In this document: positions 28,008 to 38,540 of the stretch, piece after piece
How positions within the stretch are numbered: position 1 is the stretch's first letter
Layout: every line of letters starts with the position of its first letter
Source: a virus
Direction: 5' to 3' (one strand)
Length of the DNA stretch: 64,000 nt
IMG/VR virus record: IMGVR_UViG_3300009545_000021
Span: 5,949 to 69,948 of that record
Notes under the pieces: generated by a model
Database searches by the model: none
What the model saw: the letters and a program-made list of their open reading frames with translations, nothing else
What the model was told of the DNA's origin: nothing
Position numbers and translations under genes: made by a program

Positions 28008-28922
28008 ATGCGCAACCTTCTGATCTGGCTCGCCTGCGCCGCCGTTTTGCTGCTCGTCTGCAGCGAGGCGAGTGCGCAGCAATCGACGCTCGTCACCATC
28101 CTCAACGGCGCGAGCGTGGTCTCGAGCGGCAATCCGCTGCCGGTCTCGGGCTCGGTCACCTCGACCTCGACCACCAACGCGCCCGTCGCGCCGGCGACCG
28201 CGACCGCGACCAATTCGGCGCTGATCGGCTGCGAATTCGTCTCGGCCGGCGTCACCTTCACCGATGGCCAGCAGGGTTCGGTCAGCTGCGATTCCAAAGG
28301 CAATCTGCAGGTCGGCGGCAATGTTGCCTCCGGCTCCACGGATTCGGGCAATCCGGTCAAGATCGGCGGGCGCTACAACCTGACCCTGCCGACCTTCACC
28401 GACGGCCAGCGCGGTGATTTCCAGATCAGCGCCCGCGGCGCCGCCATCGTGCAGTTTCAGCAGCCGGGCTCGAGCTTTTCGACCAGCGCCGTGACCAACA
28501 CCACGATCGGCGACGGCCTGACCAACACCGTCAACACCTATCTGTTCGCCTCCTACCCACTCGCCTATAACGGCGCGACCTGGGACAAGAGCTTTACCTG
28601 CACCAGCACGGCCTCGGTCAGCGTCACCGCCGGCAACACCACGCAGATCGTGGCGCTGTCGGGCTCGACCAATATCCGCGTCTGCTCCTTCGCCATCACG
28701 ATGTCGGCGGCGGGCACCGCGCAGTTCGTTGCCGGCACGGGCAGCAATTGCGGTAGTGGCACCGCCAATATCACCGCGGCGATGTCGCTCGCGACGGCGA
28801 CGCCGCTGGCGATGGCCGCCGGCCCGGGCGTCTCGGTGTTCCGCGCCGGCGCCTCGAATGCCCTGTGTGTGGCGGCCGTGACCGGCAACGTCACCGGCTT
28901 CGTGACCTACGCGCAGTTCTGA
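28008..28922 (+). CDS. virion-module protein with N-terminal signal-peptide-like segment
   Basis: MRNLLIWLACAAVLLLVCSEASAQ then S/T/G-rich beta sequence. Confidence 0.6.
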   Translation: MRNLLIWLACAAVLLLVCSEASAQQSTLVTILNGASVVSSGNPLPVSGSVTSTSTTNAPVAPATATATNSALIGCEFVSAGVTFTDGQQGSVSCDSKGNLQVGGNVASGSTDSGNPVKIGGRYNLTLPTFTDGQRGDFQISARGAAIVQFQQPGSSFSTSAVTNTTIGDGLTNTVNTYLFASYPLAYNGATWDKSFTCTSTASVSVTAGNTTQIVALSGSTNIRVCSFAITMSAAGTAQFVAGTGSNCGSGTANITAAMSLATATPLAMAAGPGVSVFRAGASNALCVAAVTGNVTGFVTYAQF

Positions 28923-30953
28923 ATGAGCGCCCTCACGACCCCCGGCACGGCCCATCTCGTCTCGGGGCCGATGACGAGCCGCATGGCCGCCATCGGCCTG
29001 GCGCGGCCGGGCCTGGCGGGCGGCTCGACCTGGTCGAGCGCCAAGCAGCTGGGGTTTCGCTCAAATCCACCCTCGACCGAACTGGCGCCGGCCGAAACCT
29101 GGCTCGGAGCACCGGTCAATTCCCTGCTCGCCTTCACCTATGCCGGCCAGACGGTCATGGCCGATATGGCGGGTTATGCGCAGACGCAGGCCGCCGCCTA
29201 TGCCGGATTCGGGCGCTGGATCAACTGGGCCATCGGCCTCAACGTCGCCGGCGTGCCGCTGGCGGATGTGGCGAGCGGGGTCTATGATTCCGTCTTCTTC
29301 GCCATCGCGCAGGCGATCGCCTCCTACGCGGTGCAGCCGATCATTCCGGCGCGCCTGGGCTGGGAGTTCAATCTTTATCCGGCCGGGACCTATTATCCCT
29401 GGTCGGCGAACGGCGTTGAGGCCGCCTACATCGCCGCCTTTCGCCGCGTCGCCCTGATCTTCCGCGCCGTTTCCACGCGCTTTCGCATCGGCTGGGTGCC
29501 GAATTGCACCTTCGGCAATCCGACGGTCTACAACCCGGCCCTGGCCTGGCCTGGCGGCGACGTCGTCGACTATATCGGCATGGATACCTATTTGATCTAT
29601 GCGCTCGACGTGGTGCCCGATGCCGGGGCCACGCTCGATGCCAAGATCTATGACGCGGTCAACTTCAAGTTCACCTCGACCTATGGCCTGAACTGGCTTT
29701 ACGGCTATGCCGCCACGCAGGGCAAGCCGCTGGCGCTCGACGAATGGGGCGTCAATCTCGACTACGCCGAATATTTCGTCGCCAAGTTCGCGGCCTATAT
29801 CCGGGCGCAGCGCGTGCTGTTCCATGGCTATTGGGACCAGAACAACCCCGGCCAGCCCAACTATCAGGACAAGCTCTCCGGCAACGCCTATCCGGCGACG
29901 GGGCTGCAGTTTCAGGTCGAGTTCGGGCCGATCACGATCTATACGCCGAGCGCCGTCAACGCGGCGCAGGATGGTGACACCTATATCGCCCTGACCGCTT
30001 CCAAGCCGGTAACCTGGTCGATTGCCGCGGCGCCCGCCGGCTATTCCCTGGTCGGCAATGCCCTCCTGGTCAGCGCCAGCGCCGCCAGTCATACGGTGGC
30101 GATCACCGCGACGGACGAGCGCGGCCTGACCGCAACTCTGTCGCTGGCGGTGACCATGGTGGCGAGCCTCGCCGCCTGGACGCCGGCGGCGATCAGCGCC
30201 CAACTCGATCTGTGGCTCGACGTTGCCGATGCCGCCACTATCACCAGCGCCGGCGGCACCTGTTCGCAGATCACCGACAAGAGCGGCAACAGCCATACGG
30301 GCACGCAGGCGACGGGGGCCAATCAGCCGGCCTATTCGACCACGGCGCGCAACAACCTGCCCGGTCTGACCTTTGACGGCTCGAATGACTGGATGGGCCT
30401 GGCCAGCGCCTCGACCCTGGTGGCGGCCGGCGCCAAGCGCGCTGCCTTCATCGCCTTCTTTTCGAACGCCGCCGACAGCTCGGGCTTCAAATATACCTGG
30501 GGCCTGGCCGACAACGCCTCGACCACCATCGCCCGCACCGGCACCGGCTCGGGCACGCTGCGGGTCTTCGCCAACACCGGCCAAAACACCGCGGTCAGTG
30601 TCGCCGGCACCGACGTCGTCGCCTCGGCCCTGTGGGATTCCACCGCCACACCGGGCCAGCTGCAGCTGATCAACACCACGGTCAACGGCACGGCCGTGCC
30701 GTCGATGTCGCTGACCTCGGCATCGGTATCGCTGACGCGGGCGACGATTGGAGCGCGCCCCGCCGGGGCCAGCGGCGCCGCCGATTTCTGCGACCACATC
30801 CTCAAAGAGCTGATCCTGCTCAAGAACAGCGCCAACACCTATCTGGTGGCGCTCGTCGTCGGTTATCTCGCCTGGAAATGGGGCGCCAGCAGCGTTGCAG
30901 CGCTGCCGTCGGATTTCCCGTTCAAACAGGCCGCGCCGAAATTGGTCAGCTGA
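28923..30953 (+). CDS. GH26-like glycoside hydrolase fused to Ig-like and LamG/ConA-like domains
   Basis: RLGWEFN, WPGGDVVDYIGMDTY, GKPLALDEWG; C-terminal LWLDVAD...DKSGN...GLTFDGSND...YLAWKWG. Confidence 0.8.
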   Translation: MSALTTPGTAHLVSGPMTSRMAAIGLARPGLAGGSTWSSAKQLGFRSNPPSTELAPAETWLGAPVNSLLAFTYAGQTVMADMAGYAQTQAAAYAGFGRWINWAIGLNVAGVPLADVASGVYDSVFFAIAQAIASYAVQPIIPARLGWEFNLYPAGTYYPWSANGVEAAYIAAFRRVALIFRAVSTRFRIGWVPNCTFGNPTVYNPALAWPGGDVVDYIGMDTYLIYALDVVPDAGATLDAKIYDAVNFKFTSTYGLNWLYGYAATQGKPLALDEWGVNLDYAEYFVAKFAAYIRAQRVLFHGYWDQNNPGQPNYQDKLSGNAYPATGLQFQVEFGPITIYTPSAVNAAQDGDTYIALTASKPVTWSIAAAPAGYSLVGNALLVSASAASHTVAITATDERGLTATLSLAVTMVASLAAWTPAAISAQLDLWLDVADAATITSAGGTCSQITDKSGNSHTGTQATGANQPAYSTTARNNLPGLTFDGSNDWMGLASASTLVAAGAKRAAFIAFFSNAADSSGFKYTWGLADNASTTIARTGTGSGTLRVFANTGQNTAVSVAGTDVVASALWDSTATPGQLQLINTTVNGTAVPSMSLTSASVSLTRATIGARPAGASGAADFCDHILKELILLKNSANTYLVALVVGYLAWKWGASSVAALPSDFPFKQAAPKLVS

Positions 30954-30971
30954 GCGCTTGAAGGAAAGACG

Positions 30972-31283
30972 ATGTCGACACAGACCTTGACCGGGCCGGG
31001 CGCCGGCACCCCGGTGCTGATCACCGGCAAGACCCTGTCGCCGGTGCTGCCCGGCTTCCTCTGCCTGGTTTCGGGCACGCTGACCTATAATGTCGAGGCG
31101 ACCGGCAACGCCGTCGGCACCGACCCCACGACCTGGTCCTGGACGCCTTTGTCCAACTTCACCGGCCTGACCGCCTCGACCGACGGGGCTCTTCTCGCCA
31201 TGGCGACGCATCTGCGCCCGAACGTCACCGCCTTCACCTCGGGCAGCCTGGTGTTTCAGGTCATTCAGCCGAGCGCCAAATAG
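30972..31283 (+). CDS. small virion structural protein
   Basis: AAGGA RBS; beta-sandwich-like sequence. Confidence 0.6.
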   Translation: MSTQTLTGPGAGTPVLITGKTLSPVLPGFLCLVSGTLTYNVEATGNAVGTDPTTWSWTPLSNFTGLTASTDGALLAMATHLRPNVTAFTSGSLVFQVIQPSAK

Positions 31284-31978
31284 TGGCCGTCTCCACCACC
31301 TATGCCTTCGCGCCGTCTTCGGGCGAAGTCCTGCTCTATGCCCTGTCGATGTGCGGCATTCGCCCGACGGCGATCACGCAAGAGCACATGTTCAACGGCC
31401 GCATGGCGGCGAATTTCCTGCTGGCGAGCTGGGCCAACAAGCAGGTCAACCTGTGGAACGTCGACCTGATCGAGGTGGCGCTGGTGCAGGGCACCGCGAC
31501 CTACAATGTCGATCCGACCTGCGTGATGATCCTGGACGCCTATATCCGCACCGGCGACGGCACCGATGCGGTGGAGGACCGCGTCATCTTCCCGATCTCG
31601 CGCACCGAATATGCCTCCTATCCCAACAAGTCGATTCAAGCGCCGCCGACGGTGTTCTGGTTCGATCGCCTGCTCTCGCCCACCATCACGCTCTGGCAAG
31701 TGCCGGACGGCAACGGACCCTATCTGCTGCGCTACTACCGGGTGACGCAGATCGCCGATGCGACGCTGAACAACGCGACGCAGCCGGCCATTCCCTATCT
31801 GTGGCTCGACGCCTTCGCCACCGGCATTGCCGCGCGCCTGGCGACGATCTACGCCCCCGATCGGGCCATGGGCTTCGCCACCCTGGCGGAGCAGACCTGG
31901 AACATCGCCGCCGGCCAGAATGTCGAGAACGTCAATCTCTACATTCAGCCGGGCCTGGGCGGCTATTACGTGCGCTGA
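31283..31978 (+). CDS. head-tail adaptor-like protein
   Basis: WANKQVNLW, PISRTEYASYPNK, ITLWQVPD; position in neck module. Confidence 0.7.
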   Translation: MAVSTTYAFAPSSGEVLLYALSMCGIRPTAITQEHMFNGRMAANFLLASWANKQVNLWNVDLIEVALVQGTATYNVDPTCVMILDAYIRTGDGTDAVEDRVIFPISRTEYASYPNKSIQAPPTVFWFDRLLSPTITLWQVPDGNGPYLLRYYRVTQIADATLNNATQPAIPYLWLDAFATGIAARLATIYAPDRAMGFATLAEQTWNIAAGQNVENVNLYIQPGLGGYYVR

Positions 31979-31981
31979 GCC

Positions 31982-32347
31982 ATGGCCTGGCGCTTTCATG
32001 GTCGGGCCCGGGTCGATGCCCGCAACCCGCGCGCCTTCGGCGTCTGTGAGGGTTGTAATTTTTGGTACAACCTCGTCGACCTGAAATGGCAGTACCAGTG
32101 GGCGGGTTCGCAGATCCAGAACCTGCGCCAGCTCAAATGCCGCACCTGCCTCGACGTGCCGCAACAGCAGCTGCGCTCGATCATCCTGCCGGCCGATCCG
32201 CAGCCGGTGTTCAACGCCCGGCCGCAGAATTTCGACCTGGCCGAAACCGACTACCGCGTCACCCAAGACGATGACCGCCGCATCACGCAGGACGATTCTC
32301 CGCGCGTGACCATGGAAACCGGCGATGACCTGGTGATCCCCGACTGA
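31982..32347 (+). CDS. CxxC-CxxC small neck-module protein
   Basis: AFGVCEGCNF...CRTCLDVPQQQL. Confidence 0.7.
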   Translation: MAWRFHGRARVDARNPRAFGVCEGCNFWYNLVDLKWQYQWAGSQIQNLRQLKCRTCLDVPQQQLRSIILPADPQPVFNARPQNFDLAETDYRVTQDDDRRITQDDSPRVTMETGDDLVIPD

Positions 32348-34758
32348 TGGCGAACGTTCAAATCCCCGACCTGCCGGCGGCCATTGGCCTGGACGGTAGC
32401 GAAGAATTGGAGATGGTGCAGGGCGGCACCTCCAAGCGCGCCACGTCGCTGCAGATCGCCGCCCTCGCCGGCGGCGTTTCGGTGACGGAACCGGCCAATA
32501 CCGTCTATGCCGGGCCGACCTCGGGCGCGCCGGCGCTCCCGGCCTTCCGCGCCTTGGTGACGGCCGACTTCCCGGTCACCGGCGTCACCGCCGGCACCTA
32601 TGGCGACGCCACGCACATTCCCGCGGTGACTGTGGATGCGACGGGGCGGGTGACGGCGGCGAGCAACATCGTCGCCACGGGCACGGTGTCCTCCGTCGGC
32701 CTGTCGATGCCGAGCGAATTCTCGGTGGCCAATTCGCCGGTCACCACCTCAGGCACCCTGACGGTGACCTGGAATGCGCCGGTGACGGCGGCCCATGGCG
32801 GCACCGGGCAATCGTCCTACACCATCGGCGACCTGCTCTATGCGTCCGGCGCCACGGCGCTGTCGAAACTCGCCGATGTCGCCACTGGCAATGCGCTGCT
32901 CGCCGGCGGTGTCGGCGCCGCCCCCCTGTGGGGGAAGGTTGACGTCACCACCACCATCACCGGCATTCTGCCGGTGGCCAATGGTGGCACCGGGCTCGCT
33001 TCGGGCACCTCGGGCGGCGTCCTCGCCTACACCGCTTCGGGTACGCTCGCCTCTTCCGGCGCTCTGACAGCCAATGCCCTCGTGCTTGGGGGCGGCGCCG
33101 GTGCCGTGCCGACAGTGCTCGGCTCACTCGGCACCACCACGACGGTGTTGCACGGCAACGCCGCGGGCGCACCGACCTTCGGCGCGGTGTCCCTGACGGC
33201 GGATATCACCGGCACGCTCGGCGCCGGCAATGGCGGCACCGGCAATGCCAGTTATGCTGTCGGCGACATCCTCTATGCCTCGGGCGCGACGACCCTCTCG
33301 AAACTGGCCGACGTTGCGACCGGCAACGCGCTGATTTCGGGCGGCGTCACCACGGCGCCCTCCTGGGGCAAGATCGGCCTGACCACGCACGTCTCGGGCA
33401 CGTTGCCGATCGCCAATGGCGGCACGAATGCCACCACGCAGATCGGCGCTTGGGATTCGATTACGGCCGTCGGAACCACCATTCCGTCAGCCTCGACGAT
33501 CAACCTGACCACGGCGACCGGGCCGATGGTCGATATTTCCGGCACGACGACGATCACCGGTGTGACGCTGGCGCAGGGCGCGACACGCACGGCGCGCGCC
33601 ACCGGAGCATTCTACATTCAAACCAGCGCCAGCCTTGTCGTAAACGGCGATTCGGCTGGGTATGGTTGGCAATGCTCGGTAAATGACATCCTTTATTTCG
33701 AGGGGTTCGCTGGCTCGGTTGTTGCTGTCTGGGTTGTCGCGATGGGCGGTCCCGGCGGTTACAACCAACGTACAGCGTCCACGACAGCTCAAACCCGCAA
33801 CGCCATCATCAACGGTGACATGTCGGTGGCGCAGCGCGGCACCTCGTTCAGCACGCCGGCGAGCAACGCCTACACGCTCGATCGCTGGTTCGTCTTTTAT
33901 GATGGCACGATCGGCACGTTCACGATTTCGCAAAACACTTGGGGAGCGGGCCTGCCGTCGTCGCGTGAGCGGACCTACTATCTGCAATGGAATCAAACGG
34001 CTGCCGGATCAGGCTCAACCGCTCGGCTTTTGGTCACGCGCCTTCCGAACGTGCGGACATTGGCGGGGCAGTCGGTCACGGTATCGTTTTATGGGCAAGC
34101 GGATTCCACCCGGACCGTCGGTATCCAATTCACGCAATTCTTTGGCACGGGCGGCTCGCCGTCGGCCTCCGTGACGACGGCGCTGACAAGCCAGAGCGTA
34201 ACGTCGGGCGCTCTTCGATATTTCGCAACGGCCACGCTGCCGAGCTTGTCGGGGAAAACGCTTGGCAGCAACGGCGACGATTATCTGCAACTCGCCTTCT
34301 CGATGCCGCTCAACGTGACCTTTGCTCTCAACATTTGGGATGTGCAGCTCGAATTGGGCGTGAACCCGAGCGAATTTGCGCGTCAGTCCTTTCAAGATCA
34401 GGTGCAGGCATGCCTGCCGTACTACGAGAAGTCCTTCACCTATGCCACGGCGCCGGCGCAAAATGTCGGCACCAATACCGGCGAGTGGCGCTATGTGGCG
34501 GCGATTGCGGCTGCCGGCACCGAACGAGCGCCGACGACCACCTTTAAGGCGCAGAAGCTGAAGACGCCGACGATCACGATCTACAACCCGGCGGCGGCGA
34601 ATGCCCAAGTGCGCGATATTCAGGCCGCGGCTGATTGCTCGGCAACGACGTCGGGCAACATCAACAACAATGGCTTCGTGCTGTTCTGCACCGGCAACGC
34701 CTCGACCGCGGTCGGCAATTCGCTCGGCTTTCACTGGACGGCGGAGGCGGAACTTTGA
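32347..34758 (+). CDS. tail fibre protein
   Basis: 803 aa; PAFRALVTAD, GGTG repeats, NAIINGDMSVAQRG...YTLDRW, VQLELG...CLPYYEKS. Confidence 0.85.
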   Translation: MANVQIPDLPAAIGLDGSEELEMVQGGTSKRATSLQIAALAGGVSVTEPANTVYAGPTSGAPALPAFRALVTADFPVTGVTAGTYGDATHIPAVTVDATGRVTAASNIVATGTVSSVGLSMPSEFSVANSPVTTSGTLTVTWNAPVTAAHGGTGQSSYTIGDLLYASGATALSKLADVATGNALLAGGVGAAPLWGKVDVTTTITGILPVANGGTGLASGTSGGVLAYTASGTLASSGALTANALVLGGGAGAVPTVLGSLGTTTTVLHGNAAGAPTFGAVSLTADITGTLGAGNGGTGNASYAVGDILYASGATTLSKLADVATGNALISGGVTTAPSWGKIGLTTHVSGTLPIANGGTNATTQIGAWDSITAVGTTIPSASTINLTTATGPMVDISGTTTITGVTLAQGATRTARATGAFYIQTSASLVVNGDSAGYGWQCSVNDILYFEGFAGSVVAVWVVAMGGPGGYNQRTASTTAQTRNAIINGDMSVAQRGTSFSTPASNAYTLDRWFVFYDGTIGTFTISQNTWGAGLPSSRERTYYLQWNQTAAGSGSTARLLVTRLPNVRTLAGQSVTVSFYGQADSTRTVGIQFTQFFGTGGSPSASVTTALTSQSVTSGALRYFATATLPSLSGKTLGSNGDDYLQLAFSMPLNVTFALNIWDVQLELGVNPSEFARQSFQDQVQACLPYYEKSFTYATAPAQNVGTNTGEWRYVAAIAAAGTERAPTTTFKAQKLKTPTITIYNPAAANAQVRDIQAAADCSATTSGNINNNGFVLFCTGNASTAVGNSLGFHWTAEAEL
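32797..33430 (+). repeat. internal protein repeats in the fibre shaft
   Basis: GGTGQSSYTIGDLLYASGATALSKLADVATGNALLAGG vs GGTGNASYAVGDILYASGATTLSKLADVATGNALISGG; LPVANGGT/LPIANGGT. Confidence 0.8.
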
Positions 34759-35123
34759 AATACGCCAACGCCGAAAAGACCGTCATCGATATGGAGGATG
34801 GCCGCTTTATCCCGGTCGATCCGACCAACCGGGATTATGCGGCTATGGTCGCGAGCAACGTCGCGATCGGCGCCTATGTGCCGCCGGCGCTGTCGCCGAT
34901 CCTGTCGCCACTGCAGTTCATCAGCCGGTTCACCGATGCCGAGCAACTGGCCCTGGCGCAGGCGGCGATGATGCAGGCCCCGATCAAACTCTGGTACGAC
35001 AAATTGCTCGCGGCCGAATTCATCGACCTGACCGATGTGCGTGTCACCTCCGGCGTCGATGCCATGGTCAGCGCCGGGCTCGTGACCAGCGATCGGGCCG
35101 CGGCGGTGCTGAAGGTCGGGTGA
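34755..35123 (+). CDS. tail fibre assembly/chaperone-like protein
   Basis: GGAGG RBS, TTG start overlapping fibre stop; FIPVDPTNRDY, LSPLQFISRFT. Confidence 0.65.
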   Translation: MKYANAEKTVIDMEDGRFIPVDPTNRDYAAMVASNVAIGAYVPPALSPILSPLQFISRFTDAEQLALAQAAMMQAPIKLWYDKLLAAEFIDLTDVRVTSGVDAMVSAGLVTSDRAAAVLKVG

Positions 35124-35130
35124 GGGCGCC

Positions 35131-35808
35131 GTGGATTACTCGACCTATGTCGCCACGATGCAAAACCTGATGGTGGTGCAGACGGGGGATGCGAATTTTA
35201 CGCAGATCCTGCCGACCATCATCACCTCGGCCGAAGAGCGGATCTGGCGCGACCTCGACCTGATCTCGACCATCGTCACCGACACCAGCGCCTCGACCGC
35301 CGTCGGCAGCAACACCGTGGCGATCAACGCCAATTTCGTCGTGGTGCAGAACGTCAACATCTCCGGTTCGGGCCTGGCGCGCACGCCGCTGACGCCGGTC
35401 AACCGGGCCTTTATCGACACGGTCTATGGCAATGCGGCGATGACCGCGGCGCCGGTCTATTTCGCCATGCTGACGCAAAGCACCCTGATCGTCGGCCCGA
35501 TCCCGGATGCGCCCTATACGGTGGAAGTGATCGGCACGCAGCGCCCGGCCACGATGTCCTCGACCAATCCCAACACCTTCATCGGCGACAACCTGCCGGA
35601 TCTCTTCATCGCCGCTTCGATGATCTTCGCCTCGGGCTACCAGCAGAATTTCGGCAGCCAGGCCGACGATCCGCGCATGGCCGCCTCCTGGGATACGCAA
35701 TATCAGGAACTGCTCAAGGCGGCGGGTGTGGAAGAGCTGCGCAAGAAATTCCAGAGCCAGGCCTGGTCGCCGCTCTTCCCGACTCCGGCGGCGCCGCCGC
35801 GCGGCTGA
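35131..35808 (+). CDS. head-tail adaptor/neck protein
   Basis: IITSAEERIWRDL, LIVGPIPDAPY, PDLFIAAS. Confidence 0.7.
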   Translation: MDYSTYVATMQNLMVVQTGDANFTQILPTIITSAEERIWRDLDLISTIVTDTSASTAVGSNTVAINANFVVVQNVNISGSGLARTPLTPVNRAFIDTVYGNAAMTAAPVYFAMLTQSTLIVGPIPDAPYTVEVIGTQRPATMSSTNPNTFIGDNLPDLFIAASMIFASGYQQNFGSQADDPRMAASWDTQYQELLKAAGVEELRKKFQSQAWSPLFPTPAAPPRG

Positions 35809-35828
35809 TGCTCTCAAGAGCAGCTTAA

Positions 35829-37853
35829 ATGCCTTTTGGTGCTCTCAAACTCATGCCCGGCGTCAACGCCGAGCAGACGCCGACCTTGCTGCAGGCGGGG
35901 ATTTCGCAAAGCCAGCTGATCCGCCACCGCGCCAACCTGCCGGAAAAGCTCGGCGGCTGGTCGAAATTCTATCCGAACGCCGTCTCGAGCCCGATCCGCG
36001 ACCTGCACGCCTGGGAAGGCATCAACAACGACACGCATTTGTCGGTGGGGGCGGAATCTTCGCTCCTGGTGATCAGCTCGGGCGTGGCGCAGGACATCAC
36101 GCCGCGGCAGGTCTCCACCGATCCGACGGTGGATTTTTCGACGATCAACGCCTCGAACGTCGTCACCATCATCGATGCCGGCATCACGCCGACCACCTAT
36201 GACACGCTGTTCCTGTCGACCCCGGTGGCAATCGGCGGCCTGGTCCTGTCGGGCTCTTATGCCATCGCCACAGTCACCGGCGCGCACAGCTACACCATTC
36301 TGGCCGCCGCCAATGCCAATGCCACGGTGAACCATGGCGGCGCAGTGCCGCAGTTCACCACGGTATCAGGTTCGGCCACCGTCACCGTTACCCTGGCGGC
36401 GCACGGCTATATCGTGGGAGAATCCTTCAACGTCGCGGTCTCGACCACGGTCGGCGGCGTCACCATCGCCGGCAACTACGTCATTCAGACGGTGCCGACG
36501 GCCAACACTTTTACCATCAACGTCTCGGCCGCGGCGACCTCCTCGACCTCCGGTTTCGAGAACGGCGGCAACGCCCATTTCATCTACTTCACCGCGCTCG
36601 GGCCGCCGCCGGAAAGCGCCGGCTACGGTGTCGGCGGCTATGGCCTGGGCGGCTATGGCACGGGCCAGTCGCAAACCGGCACGCCGGGCACGCCGATCAC
36701 CGCCACCGATTGGACGACGGACAATTGGGGCGAAATCCTGCTCGCCTGCCCGCAAGGGGGCGCGGTCTATTCCTGGTCGCCGGATTCGGGCTTCACCACC
36801 GGCGTGCAGGTCTTCGGCACGCCGATCATCAACGGCGGCATCTTTATCGCCATGCCGGCGCAGATCCTGGTGTGCTGGGGTTCGTCCACCGGCGGCGTGC
36901 AGGACCCGCTGCTCATCCGCTGGTCGGATGCCGGCGACTTCACCGACTTCGTGCCGCTCTCGACCAATCAGGCCGGCTCGTTCCGGGTGCCGACGGGCTC
37001 AAAAATCGTCGGCGGCCTGCAGGCGCCGCAGCAAGCCCTGATCTGGACCGATGTCGATATCTGGGCCATGCAATATATCGAGCCGCCGCTGGTCTTCGGC
37101 TTCAACAAGATCGCCACCGGCTGCGGCGCCCTGTCCTCGCACGCGATGGCAGCGCTCGGCTCGGCCGTCTACTGGATGGGCCTCGACCAGTTCTATGTGC
37201 TGACCGGCAACGGCGTGGCGGGGCTGCCCTGCGATGTCTGGGATGTGGTCTTTCAAAACCTCGACACCGACAACCTGCACAAGATCCGCGCCGCGCCCTC
37301 GTCCGGCTTTGACGAAATGGCCTGGTACTATCCGAGCCTGTCTGGCACCGGCGAGATCGACAGCTACGTCAAGGTCAATATCGGCGGCTCCTCGCTGCAG
37401 TGGGACTATGGCAGCCTGGCGCGCTCGGCCTGGATCGATCAATCGGTGCTGGGCCAGCCGATCGGCGCCTCGCCGCAAGGGCTGATCTACCAGCACGAGA
37501 TTTCGCCGGATGCCGACGGCACGGCGATGAATCCCTCGTTCCAGACCGGCTATTTCGTGCTGTCGGAAGCGGAAGACTATTCGTTCGTCGACCTGATCGT
37601 GCCGGATTTCAAATATGGCTACGCCGGCGGCGCGCAGACCGCCGTGCTGCTGGTGACGATCTATGCGGTGGATTTTCCGGGCGACACGCCGAGGAGCTAC
37701 GGCCCGTTCACGCTGAGCGTGGCGCAGCGATTCGTCTCCGGTGTGCGGGTGCGCGGGCGCCAGATCGCCTTCAAGTTCGAAAGCCAGGATCTGGGGACGT
37801 GGTGGCGCTACGGCGACGTGCGCTTTCGCTTCGCCCCGATGGGAAGGCGCTGA
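35829..37853 (+). CDS. tail nozzle / packaged-DNA stabilisation protein (P22 gp10-like)
   Basis: 674 aa; EKLGGW, LIRWSD, NQAGSFR, LIWTD, W/D-rich beta-propeller signatures, C-terminal WRYG...MGRR. Confidence 0.75.
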   Translation: MPFGALKLMPGVNAEQTPTLLQAGISQSQLIRHRANLPEKLGGWSKFYPNAVSSPIRDLHAWEGINNDTHLSVGAESSLLVISSGVAQDITPRQVSTDPTVDFSTINASNVVTIIDAGITPTTYDTLFLSTPVAIGGLVLSGSYAIATVTGAHSYTILAAANANATVNHGGAVPQFTTVSGSATVTVTLAAHGYIVGESFNVAVSTTVGGVTIAGNYVIQTVPTANTFTINVSAAATSSTSGFENGGNAHFIYFTALGPPPESAGYGVGGYGLGGYGTGQSQTGTPGTPITATDWTTDNWGEILLACPQGGAVYSWSPDSGFTTGVQVFGTPIINGGIFIAMPAQILVCWGSSTGGVQDPLLIRWSDAGDFTDFVPLSTNQAGSFRVPTGSKIVGGLQAPQQALIWTDVDIWAMQYIEPPLVFGFNKIATGCGALSSHAMAALGSAVYWMGLDQFYVLTGNGVAGLPCDVWDVVFQNLDTDNLHKIRAAPSSGFDEMAWYYPSLSGTGEIDSYVKVNIGGSSLQWDYGSLARSAWIDQSVLGQPIGASPQGLIYQHEISPDADGTAMNPSFQTGYFVLSEAEDYSFVDLIVPDFKYGYAGGAQTAVLLVTIYAVDFPGDTPRSYGPFTLSVAQRFVSGVRVRGRQIAFKFESQDLGTWWRYGDVRFRFAPMGRR

Positions 37854-38074
37854 TGGCCGACAACAATTCCAATGCCAACCTGATCACCACGCTGCTCAAC
37901 GGCGTGCGCTATCTCGGCCAGATCGCCACGACGCTCTCGACCACTTTTCCCCAGACCGGGGGAACCTCAAGCAGCGCCACCGCCGGCGCCGCGACACTGC
38001 CGGCCAATCCGGTCGGATTCATCACCGTGACGCTGCCCGACGGCACCGCCGCCAAGATCCCGTATTATGCCTGA
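37853..38074 (+). CDS. small virion protein
   Basis: TGATG coupling; ATLPANPVGFITV...KIPYY. Confidence 0.65.
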   Translation: MADNNSNANLITTLLNGVRYLGQIATTLSTTFPQTGGTSSSATAGAATLPANPVGFITVTLPDGTAAKIPYYA

Positions 38075-38540
38075 TCCGCTGACCGCCCAATATCGCGAGC
38101 ACGCGATCGCCACCGCCATGCGCTCGGGCATGCGCAAGCCGCATGTCGGGCCGCTACTCTCGGCCGTGGCCGGGCGCACCGACCATCTGCCGATCGACGT
38201 CATGGCCGGCTCCTATGTGCTGCCGGCCGACGTGGTCTCGGGCCTGGGCGAGGGCAACACCATTTCCGGCATGCAGGTGATCCACCACATGTTCGGCTCC
38301 AACCAAACGCCCTATGGCGGGCGCATGCAGTTCGCCAAGGGCGGCGCCGCCGAGCAGCCGGGCGAGAACGTGCCGATCGTCGCGGCGGGCGGGGAAGTGG
38401 TGCTCTCGCCCGATCAGGTGCGCCAGATCGGCGGCGGGGATCTCGACCGCGGTCACGCCATTCTCGACGCCTTCGTCAAGCACACGCGGCGCAAGACCAT
38501 CAAGACGCTGAAGAAACTCCCGGGACCGGCCAAGAAATGA
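38067..38540 (+). CDS. conserved protein with two related half-motifs flanking FAKGG
   Basis: LPIDVMAGSYVLPADVVSGLGEG and VPIVAAGGEVVLSPDQVRQIGGG. Confidence 0.75.
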   Translation: MPDPLTAQYREHAIATAMRSGMRKPHVGPLLSAVAGRTDHLPIDVMAGSYVLPADVVSGLGEGNTISGMQVIHHMFGSNQTPYGGRMQFAKGGAAEQPGENVPIVAAGGEVVLSPDQVRQIGGGDLDRGHAILDAFVKHTRRKTIKTLKKLPGPAKK

